Below, piece after piece: positions 1-9,971 of a stretch of 64,000 bases of DNA. The notes below the pieces were generated by a model. The model was not told the DNA's origin. It ran no database searches and saw only the letters and a program-made list of their open reading frames with translations. The translations under genes were made by a program, and so were the position numbers. The first letter of the stretch is position 1; every line of letters starts with the position of its first letter. The DNA lies in contig CAZYYU010000003.1 in NCBI GenBank assembly GCA_964651735.1, positions 48,014 to 112,013 of the forward strand, in the 5' to 3' direction. The DNA comes from an uncultured Gammaproteobacteria bacterium. Its GTDB lineage: Bacteria; Pseudomonadota; Gammaproteobacteria; CAZYYU01.

Positions 1-520
1 GCGGCACTTTAGTACCTTCTTTTTTAAAGCGATCTCTCAAAGGGATTTTTGTTGAATCGAGGACTACCGTATTCTTTTCATTTAACTTCAAAGATTCTAG
101 AGAAAGCCCCATGAAAGCACCTTGATATGCATTTATATAGATCAACAGATCTCTGAAGTCCTTGATCTCAAATGCAGTTTTCAGTTCTACTATTTCTTGA
201 GTAACAACTAAAAGCTCTCGAGATAACTCCTCTTTTGCCTGATCAGTTAAGCCAAGACCTTGTTTATTTAATATGGCAATCGCATCGATTAGCTTCGAGT
301 CTTTGGGTCTATGAGCTCCTTGTTCTGTGAAACGATAATTGATGAATAATACGATGCTGTCATTTTCTACAGAACGTTCCGGCTCTTGAAAACCGGCGTC
401 TTTAAACCATTGAATAACGATCTTTTCGCTTAAGCTTTTATCATTGTTATCAATATAAAGTCTAGCTCGTGGTTCCCCATCCAATCTATCCGTTTTAAAA
501 TCAACTATATTTTTTAGCAT
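1..520 (-). CDS. hypothetical protein, 5'-partial at window edge (N-terminus MLKNIVDFKTDRLDGEP...)
   Basis: ATG at 518-520 (minus) preceded by GAGGTGA RBS; open frame runs to window start; no recognisable motif. Confidence 0.45.
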   Translation of the reverse strand, partial: MLKNIVDFKTDRLDGEPRARLYIDNNDKSLSEKIVIQWFKDAGFQEPERSVENDSIVLFINYRFTEQGAHRPKDSKLIDAIAILNKQGLGLTDQAKEELSRELLVVTQEIVELKTAFEIKDFRDLLIYINAYQGAFMGLSLESLKLNEKNTVVLDSTKIPLRDRFKKEGTKVP

Positions 521-706
521 GATATCACCTCATTGTTAATATATGTTGCAGCACTATACGCATACCCCATTCGAACTGCAAACTTGCTTTTTAGGGGTGC
601 CCATGCTAAGCTTCTTATTCTGTTGGTAAGATACTTCAGATTGAGAAATACATCGATTAGAAGCTTTTTACTGTGAATTTTTAGTTTTTATTTAGAGATA
701 ATTGAC

Positions 707-1045
707 ATGACAAACAAAGTATATGTTGGAAACCTACCTTACAGCGCAGGTGAAGACGATTTGCAAGCCTTATTTGATCCCAAATCATTTGGCTGCGAAG
801 GATCGATTAAACAAATTGATGTGATCACTGACAAGTTCAGCGGTCGCTCAAAAGGTTTTGGATTCGTTCAATATGAAGATGCAGATACTGCAAATGCTGC
901 AGTTGCAAAGTTGAACGGCATGGAATACGGTGGTAGACAACTACGCGTTAACATCGCTCAAGAACGTGAAAGAACGGGCGGCGGTGGTCGCGGCGGTCAA
1001 GGCGGCGCTAGACGTGATGACCGTGGCGGAAGAGGCGATCGATAA
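707..1045 (+). CDS. RRM-type RNA-binding protein with Gly/Arg-rich (RGG) C-terminal tail
   Basis: RNP-2 VYVGNL and RNP-1 KGFGFVQY motifs; C-terminal GGGGRGGQGGARRDDRGGRGDR. Confidence 0.85.
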   Translation: MTNKVYVGNLPYSAGEDDLQALFDPKSFGCEGSIKQIDVITDKFSGRSKGFGFVQYEDADTANAAVAKLNGMEYGGRQLRVNIAQERERTGGGGRGGQGGARRDDRGGRGDR

Positions 1046-1068
1046 CCTTTTCAGCTAAGAGTTTATGA

Positions 1069-1099
1069 AAAACGGCAGTTATACTGCCGTTTTTTTTTG
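1069..1099 (+). terminator. rho-independent terminator after RRM gene
   Basis: hairpin AACGGCAGT-tata-ACTGCCGTT followed by T9 run. Confidence 0.65.
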
Positions 1100-1906
1100 C
1101 TAGGGCGAATGACTAGATGTCTCATAAGATTCTTCTTCGTGTTGAGAAGACAGGTCATGAGGTGACCCGGGATCTCTTGATGGTAGTTGATCTCTATTTT
1201 CGCTAAGACTTTGCTCCAACTTTTCTGTTTTAAATACTGGAAGAATTTCCTCAGATTTTTTGATGAGCTTCGAGAGGATGGCATTATTTTTTAAAAAATC
1301 AAATTCATCCAACAATTGTTTTGCATCTTCTATTGTCAAAATATCTTTTATAGTTATCAGATTAGCATTATTTTCTAAAACAATTGCTCGTATTTCTTTG
1401 TCCCATCCCGCTGGATAATTTGTGACTAAATAATAGAGTTCTATAGGTGTGCGTTGAAAAATTAGTGCCTTAACCAAGCATTGGTTACTTTCTTCTGCCT
1501 CATCTCCCTCTTCCAAAACTCCCTGATTAAATAGTTGCTTAGCAGCAATATTATCTAAAAAATAGTGGTAGAGTGATTTTCCTTCTAATTTAGCCGCATA
1601 AAAAGGCCCCAGTTTCTTTAAGTCTTCTTGTATGTTCAGAATAATAGTGTTCACAAAAGGTAGAAAACGAAATATTGCCCACCAACGTCTCGAGGGATCA
1701 ACTCGAGACCATAATTTAGGGTCATCAACCATCAATTTTACAAGACGTTGATCCTTGATTATTTTGATAGCAGTCCGCCAGTAAAATCTTAAAAATGATT
1801 TTATTCTTTGGTAGGATTTTGGTTTTGAAAAATCTGTGGTGTAGACTAATTTATTCAATCGCCAGTTAATATAATTCTGCCAACGCTTTGCCATCATTGC
1901 CCTCAT
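1100..1906 (-). CDS. hypothetical protein with acidic/Ser-rich C-terminus (SSQHEEESYETSSHSP)
   Basis: 268-aa ORF, no recognised domain; follows ABC exporter on same strand. Confidence 0.5.
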   Translation of the reverse strand: MRAMMAKRWQNYINWRLNKLVYTTDFSKPKSYQRIKSFLRFYWRTAIKIIKDQRLVKLMVDDPKLWSRVDPSRRWWAIFRFLPFVNTIILNIQEDLKKLGPFYAAKLEGKSLYHYFLDNIAAKQLFNQGVLEEGDEAEESNQCLVKALIFQRTPIELYYLVTNYPAGWDKEIRAIVLENNANLITIKDILTIEDAKQLLDEFDFLKNNAILSKLIKKSEEILPVFKTEKLEQSLSENRDQLPSRDPGSPHDLSSQHEEESYETSSHSP

Positions 1907-1925
1907 TTTTCTAATAATCTCTATT

Positions 1926-3701
1926 TTAATCTAATTCATCTTCATCGGGCAAGTATCCACCGCCCTGCATTTTCCAAAGGTCAGCAAATAGCCCTTTTTT
2001 CGCTTTTAATTTTCTCAAACTACCATCTTCAACGATCTGACCTTCCTTGAAAAATAAAATCCTGTTCATTTCCATTAAGGTGGACAATCGATGCGCAATA
2101 ACGATAGTGGTTTTACCTTCCATCAGGTCGTGCAAACTTTTTTGAATATATTTTTCAGTCATGGAGTCTAAGGCAGAGGTAGCTTCATCCATAATTAAGA
2201 TAGGTGCTTGTTTTAAAATGGCTCGCGCGATGGCAATTCGTTGACGCTGTCCACCCGAGAGTTTAACTCCTCTTTCACCAACCATGGTATGATAACCCTG
2301 CTCTAATTTAATCACAAAATCATGACAATAGGCTTTCTTAGAAGCTTCTATAACCTCTTCTTCTGTAGCCTCAAGTCGACCTGCGCGTATATTATCTAAA
2401 ATCGTTCGGTGATATAAATCAGCTGATTGTGGGATCATGGCAATGGATTTTCTCAAACTCTCTTTTGTGACTTTTGAAATGTCCTGACCATCAATAAAAA
2501 TTTGCCCACTATTTAAATCAAATAATCTTAAAATAAGACTTACAAAAGTAGATTTACCACCACCGGAAAATCCAACCAAGCCAACTTTTTGTCCTGCGGG
2601 AATGGTGAGAGATAAATCGCGAAGTGCAATATTTTTTTCACGATAACCAAAATTCACGTTCACAAATTCTATTTTGCCCTGCGATACTAAGAGAGGTGCT
2701 GCATCTTTCACATCTTTGGTATCATGATCGGGAGTAATAACCGTCAAGGATTGTTTACACTTACCCACTTCTCTTGCAAATCTCACCATTTCTAAACCGA
2801 TGTTATAAATTGCGGTGGAAATATTTTCAGACACGCTCAATACGAAGGCGAAGTCACCCACCGTAATCCATCCATGAATTCGACCATAAATTAAGGAGCT
2901 AATCATTCCTGCTGCAAGAATAACGATACTCATTCCTTGAAAGACATGAATTTTCAACATATAACGTTGCATTTCCTGATCTTTTTCAGCCATCTGATTC
3001 AGTGCGCGTTTCACTCGTCGTTTCTCGGAAGTTTCATTAGAAAATATTTTCGTCGTAATGATATTAGTCAAACTATCAATAATTTTTCCATTATAAACAC
3101 TAAAAGATTCCATAAAAACTCTCACAAATTTTTCTGAACCCATTGCTAAACGGTAAGTAATAATGACATAGCACAATGACCAAATAATAATAATGATTGA
3201 AAAAACAGGTTTCACAAATAACAACATTAACGCAGCAACAACCACTGCGAAAACTCTAGGAATAAAGACCTCATTAGGTATTCGAATAACGGGCTCTAAG
3301 GATTCGCCCATGTCTGATATTTTCTTGGAAATTGCCCCTGCAAATCGCTCTTGAAAAAAAGCATAGGAATGATTCGAAATATAACTGAACATGTAAGATA
3401 ATACATCCACTTTTAAGCGAGGAAAAAGCATCATGCAGGTGTAATCATACAATCTAAAGTTCAACATAATAATGAATGGCATGGCCACGTAAACCAGAGC
3501 TGGAACTAATAGAACTTCTACGAGAAAACGAGTATTATTGGCTTGCTCGATGACCCTATCAATAATCAATTTAATCATGAAAGGTGTAATCGATAAATCA
3601 ATTGACCAGACAATTCCAACGATGAAAAAAATAAATAATGCCGACTTATATTCTTTTAAGAAAAACCAAATAAATCCGAATAATGTATTTGAAATTTTCA
3701 T
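1926..3701 (-). CDS. ABC transporter, fused permease/ATP-binding protein (MsbA-like exporter)
   Basis: 6-TM N-terminal domain; Walker A GFSGGGKST, ABC signature LSGGQRQRIAIARA, Walker B ILIMDEATSALD. Confidence 0.9.
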   Translation of the reverse strand: MKISNTLFGFIWFFLKEYKSALFIFFIVGIVWSIDLSITPFMIKLIIDRVIEQANNTRFLVEVLLVPALVYVAMPFIIMLNFRLYDYTCMMLFPRLKVDVLSYMFSYISNHSYAFFQERFAGAISKKISDMGESLEPVIRIPNEVFIPRVFAVVVAALMLLFVKPVFSIIIIIWSLCYVIITYRLAMGSEKFVRVFMESFSVYNGKIIDSLTNIITTKIFSNETSEKRRVKRALNQMAEKDQEMQRYMLKIHVFQGMSIVILAAGMISSLIYGRIHGWITVGDFAFVLSVSENISTAIYNIGLEMVRFAREVGKCKQSLTVITPDHDTKDVKDAAPLLVSQGKIEFVNVNFGYREKNIALRDLSLTIPAGQKVGLVGFSGGGKSTFVSLILRLFDLNSGQIFIDGQDISKVTKESLRKSIAMIPQSADLYHRTILDNIRAGRLEATEEEVIEASKKAYCHDFVIKLEQGYHTMVGERGVKLSGGQRQRIAIARAILKQAPILIMDEATSALDSMTEKYIQKSLHDLMEGKTTIVIAHRLSTLMEMNRILFFKEGQIVEDGSLRKLKAKKGLFADLWKMQGGGYLPDEDELD

Positions 3702-3721
3702 AGTGTACTCAAAATTCCACC

Positions 3722-4066
3722 CTACTCTCCATTTTTCATCAGCTGATCAATTTTGGCGGCACAAATAAAATCATTTTCAGTCAAATCTTTCATGGCATGG
3801 GTGGAATAGCGCACCTTACAATGGTTATAACCCACTTCCAAATCGGGATGATGATTTTCCTGATGTGCCATCCATGCAATGGCATTAATGAAAGCCATGG
3901 TTTGATAATAGTTTTTGAATTTAAAATCACTGGATAATTCAGAATAATCCTCATTCACTACCCAGCGTTGATTAATCTGCTTTAGTAATTTGTTTTTTTC
4001 GGCGGTACTCAATGATTTTACACCACCTTCGCAGGCCAAACAACGCTTATCCTGTAAATCACTCAT
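3722..4066 (-). CDS. phhB: pterin-4a-carbinolamine dehydratase (PhhB/PCD)
   Basis: about 114 aa from internal Met MSDLQDK; conserved HHPD...V..STH motifs of the PCD/DCoH family; upstream 17 codons of the ORF-track call are probably not translated. Confidence 0.75.
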   Translation of the reverse strand: MSDLQDKRCLACEGGVKSLSTAEKNKLLKQINQRWVVNEDYSELSSDFKFKNYYQTMAFINAIAWMAHQENHHPDLEVGYNHCKVRYSTHAMKDLTENDFICAAKIDQLMKNGE

Positions 4067-4518
4067 GATGTGATTCTCTACAAGCAGCCGGACCACAACT
4101 TTCTCCATCATTAGCAAAAACAGGTGATACCATAAAAACGACGATAAAACATAAAATTGACATTAAAATTTTCAAAGCAACCTCCTTGTTTAGGTGATTT
4201 GGGATATTTTTACCAATATATCATTATAGCCTACTCCGAACAACGGACCCAAAATTGGATGAGACTCTGATTGTATCTATTTCTCGTCATCGAGAGCACA
4301 ACGAAGCAATAACCGGAATATACAGATCACAATACCCAGGACCTGGCTCGTTTCCAAGTGCCACCTATTTAATGGTCTTCCACCACATCACCCTCCTCGC
4401 CATTAAAATAAATCGAATTTTAGAAGTTTTTATGTGAATATAGTGACACGATAACAGGTTTAGTGTAGTATGAGCCCTAAGATTATGACCATATCGACAC
4501 CTAATTAGAGTAAATCAC

Positions 4519-6276
4519 ATGTCACTAAGCAGTTCCTTCGAAAAACTCGGCGTTCCTAAAGAAATTTTGTCAGCCATCAGTGCACTCGGCTATGAAGTGC
4601 CCTCCCCAATACAAGAACAATGCATCCCCATCTTTGCAGAAGGCAGAGATTTGCTTGCCCAAGCACACACTGGATCCGGTAAAACCGCTGCATTTGCCAT
4701 ACCTATCGTATCTTATATCTTGTCACAAATATCCAACCAAAACAGAAACCCTAGCGCCTTGATCTTAGCTCCTACCCGAGAAATTGCGATCCAAGTTGCT
4801 GAAGCTTTCAAAAGCATTGCTAAGAACATCCCAGGCTTTCATGTATTACCTATTTATGGTGGACAAGAATACGGCGGTCAGCTCAAGTCCTTAAAACGAG
4901 GGGCTCACGTTATCGTAGGTACACCCGGTCGAACCATGGATCACCTTCGACGAGGCACCCTAATTCTCGACAATCTAAAATATGTGATATTGGATGAAGC
5001 CGATGAAATGCTAAATATGGGATTCATCGATGATGTGAAGTGGATCTTAGAACAAATAACAGGGTCATTTCAAAAAGCATTATTCTCAGCCACCATGCCA
5101 CCTTCCATTGTGAATGTTGCCAAAAAATATTTAAATAACCCGGTTAAGATACATATTCAATCCAAAGGCAAAACTCTAGATTCTATAGAACAAAGTTTCA
5201 TCATGACGTCACGTGAACATAAAATGGAAGCACTTACACGTTATTTAGAATTAGAAGATATTGACGCGGGAATTGTTTTCACCAAAACAAAAAATGAATC
5301 TTCTCAGATTGCAGAAAAACTCGAAGCTCGAGGTTATGCTGCTGCTGCGTTGAATGGTGATATGAACCAATCTGCTCGTGAAAAAGTGATTGATCGCATT
5401 AAACGCGGATCACTGGATATTATTGTAGCAACAGAGGTGGCTGCTCGCGGACTTGATGTGGAAAGAATTTCTCATGTTATTAATTATGACATTCCATTTG
5501 ATGCAGAATCCTATATTCATCGAATTGGTCGTACGGGACGTGCAGGTCGTACTGGAAAAACAGTATTATTCGTCACTCCCAGAGAGAGTCGTAGTTTACG
5601 AGATATTGAACGCGGTATTCAACATGCTATTAATGAAATCAAATCTCCAACGATCAGTGAAATCAACGCAAAACGCGCTGAAAAATTTAGTGAAAATATT
5701 CTGAACGCTTTATCAAAAACGGATTTAGAACTGGATCACTACCGAAGCTTAGTTCAGCGCATCATGCATCAATCCGAATATTCAGAACTTGATGTTGCTG
5801 CTGTACTAGCGTATTTATTACAAAAAGATAACCCCTTACTCACCAAAGATGAGATCTCACATTTCGAACGCAAAGAAGCACATCAAACACAGAAAAATAA
5901 ATTTCAAAATAAAGAAAAATTTGGACCTAAAAAACGATTTGATGATCGAAAATCCAGATCCGGTTTCAAAAGTTCAGGAAAAAATAGAAGCGCTGATAAA
6001 AGAAGTGATGGCGCTCATTCTAAACGCAAAGATGAAAGCCCAAGAAAAGAATCTCGTTTTGATAGCCCCCGTAATTCACCCTCATCTTCCAATCAATCTT
6101 GGCGTAAAGAAGAGGGTTCTAGAAAAAAATCACGATTTGATGGTCCTCGCAAAGAGTCAAAGGCTTTCAAAGGAAAATCATCAGCTGCCTCGAAAAAACC
6201 ATGGCAAAAAAGTGATCGTACCAATGCAAGTGCCCCAAAAAGAAAAGTGCTTCGAACGGCCAAGCATGATCGATAG
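4519..6276 (+). CDS. DEAD-box ATP-dependent RNA helicase (DeaD/RhlE-like) with about 150-aa basic K/R/S-rich C-terminal extension
   Basis: Q motif, Walker A AHTGSGKT, DEAD box VILDEAD, SAT, HRIGRTGRAGRTG; preceded by about 400-nt untranslated leader. Confidence 0.93.
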   Translation: MSLSSSFEKLGVPKEILSAISALGYEVPSPIQEQCIPIFAEGRDLLAQAHTGSGKTAAFAIPIVSYILSQISNQNRNPSALILAPTREIAIQVAEAFKSIAKNIPGFHVLPIYGGQEYGGQLKSLKRGAHVIVGTPGRTMDHLRRGTLILDNLKYVILDEADEMLNMGFIDDVKWILEQITGSFQKALFSATMPPSIVNVAKKYLNNPVKIHIQSKGKTLDSIEQSFIMTSREHKMEALTRYLELEDIDAGIVFTKTKNESSQIAEKLEARGYAAAALNGDMNQSAREKVIDRIKRGSLDIIVATEVAARGLDVERISHVINYDIPFDAESYIHRIGRTGRAGRTGKTVLFVTPRESRSLRDIERGIQHAINEIKSPTISEINAKRAEKFSENILNALSKTDLELDHYRSLVQRIMHQSEYSELDVAAVLAYLLQKDNPLLTKDEISHFERKEAHQTQKNKFQNKEKFGPKKRFDDRKSRSGFKSSGKNRSADKRSDGAHSKRKDESPRKESRFDSPRNSPSSSNQSWRKEEGSRKKSRFDGPRKESKAFKGKSSAASKKPWQKSDRTNASAPKRKVLRTAKHDR

Positions 6277-6293
6277 CCACCCACTAACATTGT

Positions 6294-7787
6294 TTAAGAA
6301 GCTAATTCAGACAAAATTAGCTTTCTAATCACACGATTAAACTGTGGTATCCCTTCGTCAGAGCTTAAAGTAGCCCCATCTTTTTCAATTTTTTCTCGTG
6401 CTTCTCCATAATCTAACCAATTGATACTTTCAGTATAAGCTTGAGCTTGATCTAAAACTTTGCAATAAATACGAAAATTTTGATCTCTGGATGCTAAGCG
6501 TAAGCCATTTAAATAATTATCGCGCTGCACTGAAGGCATAATTATTTTATATTGCTCTGCTTTTACTAATTCTGCATTCATCATGATTCTTGATAAGCGA
6601 CCATTACCATCATCAAAGGGATGCACTTCGGCAATGAGATAATGCATAAATAATGCTTTTTCCATGCCCTCGTTCAACACTTGGTAATATTCAAACCCTT
6701 GGGAGAGTGTACCTATTACCTCACTTGGAGAAACAAAATAAGTATTACCTACTTTATTAGGTTTTTCTTTGAATTTTCCCGGACCTTTATCTGGACGTTC
6801 ATGCATGATATAAGCATGTCTATTTTGTAAAAGCTCTAAAAGTTCTTTTGGGCTTTGCGGGGTAACATTCATCTCTGAGTAATCATTACTTAAGGTAAAA
6901 TTTGACAAAATATCTTGACTGTCTGCATGTCGATTATTGATTTCTTTACCTTGAAAAACAATACTTTCAGCCTCATCGATAATAAATTCTGTCCCTTCTA
7001 TAAAATTTGAAAAGTAAGATTCAAAAAATGTGAGATTTTTAAAGGATATTTTAGTGTATTGATAATTACGTGATTTGAACTCACATTTTTTTAAATATAG
7101 ACTAAGTTCTTCAAACAATTTAATTCGTCTACTGTCAAAAGGCTCTCTTTTTACAACAGCTTTAGCATAAGGAGTCTTTAACACGTTTTTGTCAGGATGT
7201 GTGGAGAGTAAAGCGCTAATTATATTATTCAAAATGTCATATTCTTTCAGATAACCTAGCTCTTTAGCCACCGTTTTTGCAGCATCACGATATTTATTTA
7301 AACTATTTTCATTTCGCAAATGCAATTCTTTCGAGAGAAAAATTTCAACACCCTCTGAACCTATTGTTTTCACGCCGACATTAGCTCCCCTAACGGAACT
7401 TAAGTTTTCTAATAACATTCGAAGAACATTGCTCCGTGCAATATAGGGTAAAATTTGTTCTGTATAATCTTTATTGTTCCCTTTCAAAACTTTAATGATT
7501 AATCCAGGGAGTGTGATAGTTTTAAGATAAGTGCTAGTAATAAAAACAATGGCTTGTCCTTTAAATGGAAATGGTTTTAATTCAACAGCCGTACGAAAAC
7601 TTAAGATACCATCGGATACGATGGTAGTCACAATTTCCATCCAATGGCTCAGAACGATGTCCTCCATGGAATCCTCTAGATTATCGGTATAGATTCCATG
7701 ATAAATCCGTCGAAGCTTTTTTTGCTTCAATAATCTTGATAGCTGTTTTGCCTGATTTGTATCTTTAGCAATGAATAGCTTGCTCAT
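6294..7787 (-). CDS. Fic family protein (class II, with N-terminal inhibitory SxxxEG helix)
   Basis: Fic motif HPFDDGNGRLSR; upstream FSNFIEGTEF matches [ST]xxxE[GN] inhibitory motif; 497 aa with long N-terminal region. Confidence 0.88.
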   Translation of the reverse strand: MSKLFIAKDTNQAKQLSRLLKQKKLRRIYHGIYTDNLEDSMEDIVLSHWMEIVTTIVSDGILSFRTAVELKPFPFKGQAIVFITSTYLKTITLPGLIIKVLKGNNKDYTEQILPYIARSNVLRMLLENLSSVRGANVGVKTIGSEGVEIFLSKELHLRNENSLNKYRDAAKTVAKELGYLKEYDILNNIISALLSTHPDKNVLKTPYAKAVVKREPFDSRRIKLFEELSLYLKKCEFKSRNYQYTKISFKNLTFFESYFSNFIEGTEFIIDEAESIVFQGKEINNRHADSQDILSNFTLSNDYSEMNVTPQSPKELLELLQNRHAYIMHERPDKGPGKFKEKPNKVGNTYFVSPSEVIGTLSQGFEYYQVLNEGMEKALFMHYLIAEVHPFDDGNGRLSRIMMNAELVKAEQYKIIMPSVQRDNYLNGLRLASRDQNFRIYCKVLDQAQAYTESINWLDYGEAREKIEKDGATLSSDEGIPQFNRVIRKLILSELAS

Positions 7788-8022
7788 TGTTGTGAACTCC
7801 GGAATATCTATATAAACAGTATATGCGAACTTTGGAATATTATCAAGAAAAAATGAGAATTACAGAATAATAATTATACAAATTACGAATTTCAGAACTA
7901 TTAATCCAGATAAACAAAAAAAATAGTTAATTAATATAAACTATTTTTTAAATTTTATATATTAAAATAAACTATAATGAAAGTAAGTAAAGTATATTTT
8001 TCTCTACAAAGAGTTATATAGT

Positions 8023-9903
8023 TTGGAGGTTGCCATGTTTAGACGAGAACTCAGAATAATCAAGATTAAGACCTTAATCATAGCTCTAATATCCCTGGGA
8101 TTCGCTTTTGATGCCTATGCAGCGACTTATTATGTTAAGGCTGGTACGCCAGGGGGAAATGGCACTAGCTGGGCAAAGGCTTTTAATAACTTAGATTCAG
8201 CCCTGACTGCATCTAGCGGCGCCGGACCTAATCAAATTTGGGTTGCGGCGGGTACTTATAAACCAAGCATCAAATTCGCAGGCGGCTATAACGGTACTGA
8301 ATCGAATCTTAAAACCTTTAAATTACCCAGTAATGTGGCGATCTATGGAGGCTTTAATGGTACAGAAACATTGCTCAGCCAACGAAATAGGGATCTTAAT
8401 CCAACGATCTTAAGTGGAGATCTCAATGGCGATGATATCAATAGCCCGAGCAATACCATAACGAATAAAAGTGATAATGCCTGGCATGTACTCACTGCAG
8501 ATAATGCAACAAACGTCACCTTAGATAGTTTAATTGTGAGGGATGGATATGCAGCTGGCCCTGATTCAGGAACACTCGATAAACAATTCAATTTTATCAC
8601 TCTCGATTATACCCATGATGCCGGTGGAGGTTTACTCGCACGTCATGGCTCTCAAGTTACCTTAAATAATATGCGATTTGAGTATAATGCAGGTGATAGA
8701 ACCCGAGCTATCCTAGTTGACCCTAATCTTCCAGGTAACCCAGCCCTAGCAGCAGGTGGTGGAGCAGTGGTTGCGGAAGATACCAATACCGTAGTGACTG
8801 TCACCCTGTCTTCATTTGATCATAATTCTGCTGTTAAAGTCGGTAGTAGTGGCGGTGCTTTGATTGGACAAAAAGATGGGACTTTGACGGTATCCTTAAG
8901 TTCATTCACCAATAATGTCGCCGATCGCAATGGAGGCGCCATTCGGGTAAAAGACGCTCAACCTTTAACAGTAAATAACAGTGTATTTAGTAACAATAAT
9001 ATCACAGGGTCAACCATTGGCGATGAAAGTGGTGGCGGTATTGGAAGTATCGATAATATTGTTAAAGTTTCAGGTAGTTTATTTGATTCGAATTCATCGA
9101 ACGCTACTGCAAGTGGTGGGGCAATATTTTTCCATATCCCCTTTAATGATCAAGAAGTTTATACCTTAAGCGTTGATAATTCGATATTTAATAATAATGT
9201 GGGTGGTATATTCGGTGGCGGAGCTATCAGTGTGACCGGTTTCAAACCAATGGTCGGTGCTCAAGCCACAATTTCTAATAGCTTATTCACCAATAATTCA
9301 GCTGGAGATGGAGGAGCAATTTATACTGATTCGATTCCTAGCGTAGTTACTACTTCCATATTTTACAACAACCAAGCATTCACAAATGGAGGTGCCATCG
9401 ATGGAACGAATTTTGGAGATGCCATATTTGGTGCTGCTGATTTAACTTCTCGCTCTCCTTTGCAAATCTCCAAATCCGTATTTATTGGAAACTCTAGTCT
9501 TGGCGGACCCTCAGTACAGCCAACGGTTGACTTTTTTGCGGTAGCATTGGGTCAAGTATTTCATCTTCCAGCTTCCACTGTGAAATCCATGCTTCCCGGT
9601 GGAGGAGCTATCGCTTCAGTATTAGGAGGAAATCTGAGCCTTTCAAATAATACTTTCCTACTCAATAGTGCAATTAATGGTGAAGGTGGAGCAGTGTTGG
9701 TAGGAGGATCGATGGGCTTCGCAGGACCCGCCCCACAAACCGCTGTGAATGGATTTAATGAAGCTTATGTTGCCATGAGTAAATCCATCTGCTCAGGTAA
9801 CACAGCGACCTTAGGCGGAAAGAATACAAAAGTAGAAGACCCTGCCTCACTTGGGTTTATACCCAATGGAGTTTATCTGTTAAGTGATGGCAGTTGCCCA
9901 TAA
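8023..9903 (+). CDS. secreted beta-helix repeat protein with Chlamydia Pmp-like GGA[ILV]/FxxN repeats, no C-terminal translocator domain
   Basis: Sec signal peptide (…FAFDAYA-ATYY); repeated NGGAIRV, GGAIFF, GGAISV, DGGAIYT, NGGAIDG, GGGAIAS and FTNN/FSNN/FNNN/FYNN motifs. Confidence 0.7.
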   Translation: MEVAMFRRELRIIKIKTLIIALISLGFAFDAYAATYYVKAGTPGGNGTSWAKAFNNLDSALTASSGAGPNQIWVAAGTYKPSIKFAGGYNGTESNLKTFKLPSNVAIYGGFNGTETLLSQRNRDLNPTILSGDLNGDDINSPSNTITNKSDNAWHVLTADNATNVTLDSLIVRDGYAAGPDSGTLDKQFNFITLDYTHDAGGGLLARHGSQVTLNNMRFEYNAGDRTRAILVDPNLPGNPALAAGGGAVVAEDTNTVVTVTLSSFDHNSAVKVGSSGGALIGQKDGTLTVSLSSFTNNVADRNGGAIRVKDAQPLTVNNSVFSNNNITGSTIGDESGGGIGSIDNIVKVSGSLFDSNSSNATASGGAIFFHIPFNDQEVYTLSVDNSIFNNNVGGIFGGGAISVTGFKPMVGAQATISNSLFTNNSAGDGGAIYTDSIPSVVTTSIFYNNQAFTNGGAIDGTNFGDAIFGAADLTSRSPLQISKSVFIGNSSLGGPSVQPTVDFFAVALGQVFHLPASTVKSMLPGGGAIASVLGGNLSLSNNTFLLNSAINGEGGAVLVGGSMGFAGPAPQTAVNGFNEAYVAMSKSICSGNTATLGGKNTKVEDPASLGFIPNGVYLLSDGSCP

Positions 9904-9971
9904 ACCCCTCTGAAGTGGACATATTCAGGAAGAAGATGCCTTGTGAGAAATAATTAATAAAACTGCTAAGA

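Noticed and set aside
2937-3137. Small ORFs antisense to or nested in larger genes (e.g. 2937..3137, 3538..3768, 8343..8600, 35165..35973, 37551..37796, 50829..51224, 55091..55511, 61987..62433)
   Set aside because: They lie wholly inside well-supported genes on the opposite strand or in another frame, have low-complexity composition, and lack RBS or homology signals. Treated as spurious.
4255-4437. 60-aa ORF in the DEAD-box helicase leader
   Set aside because: No RBS, hydrophobic/low-complexity translation; more likely part of a structured 5' UTR than a gene.
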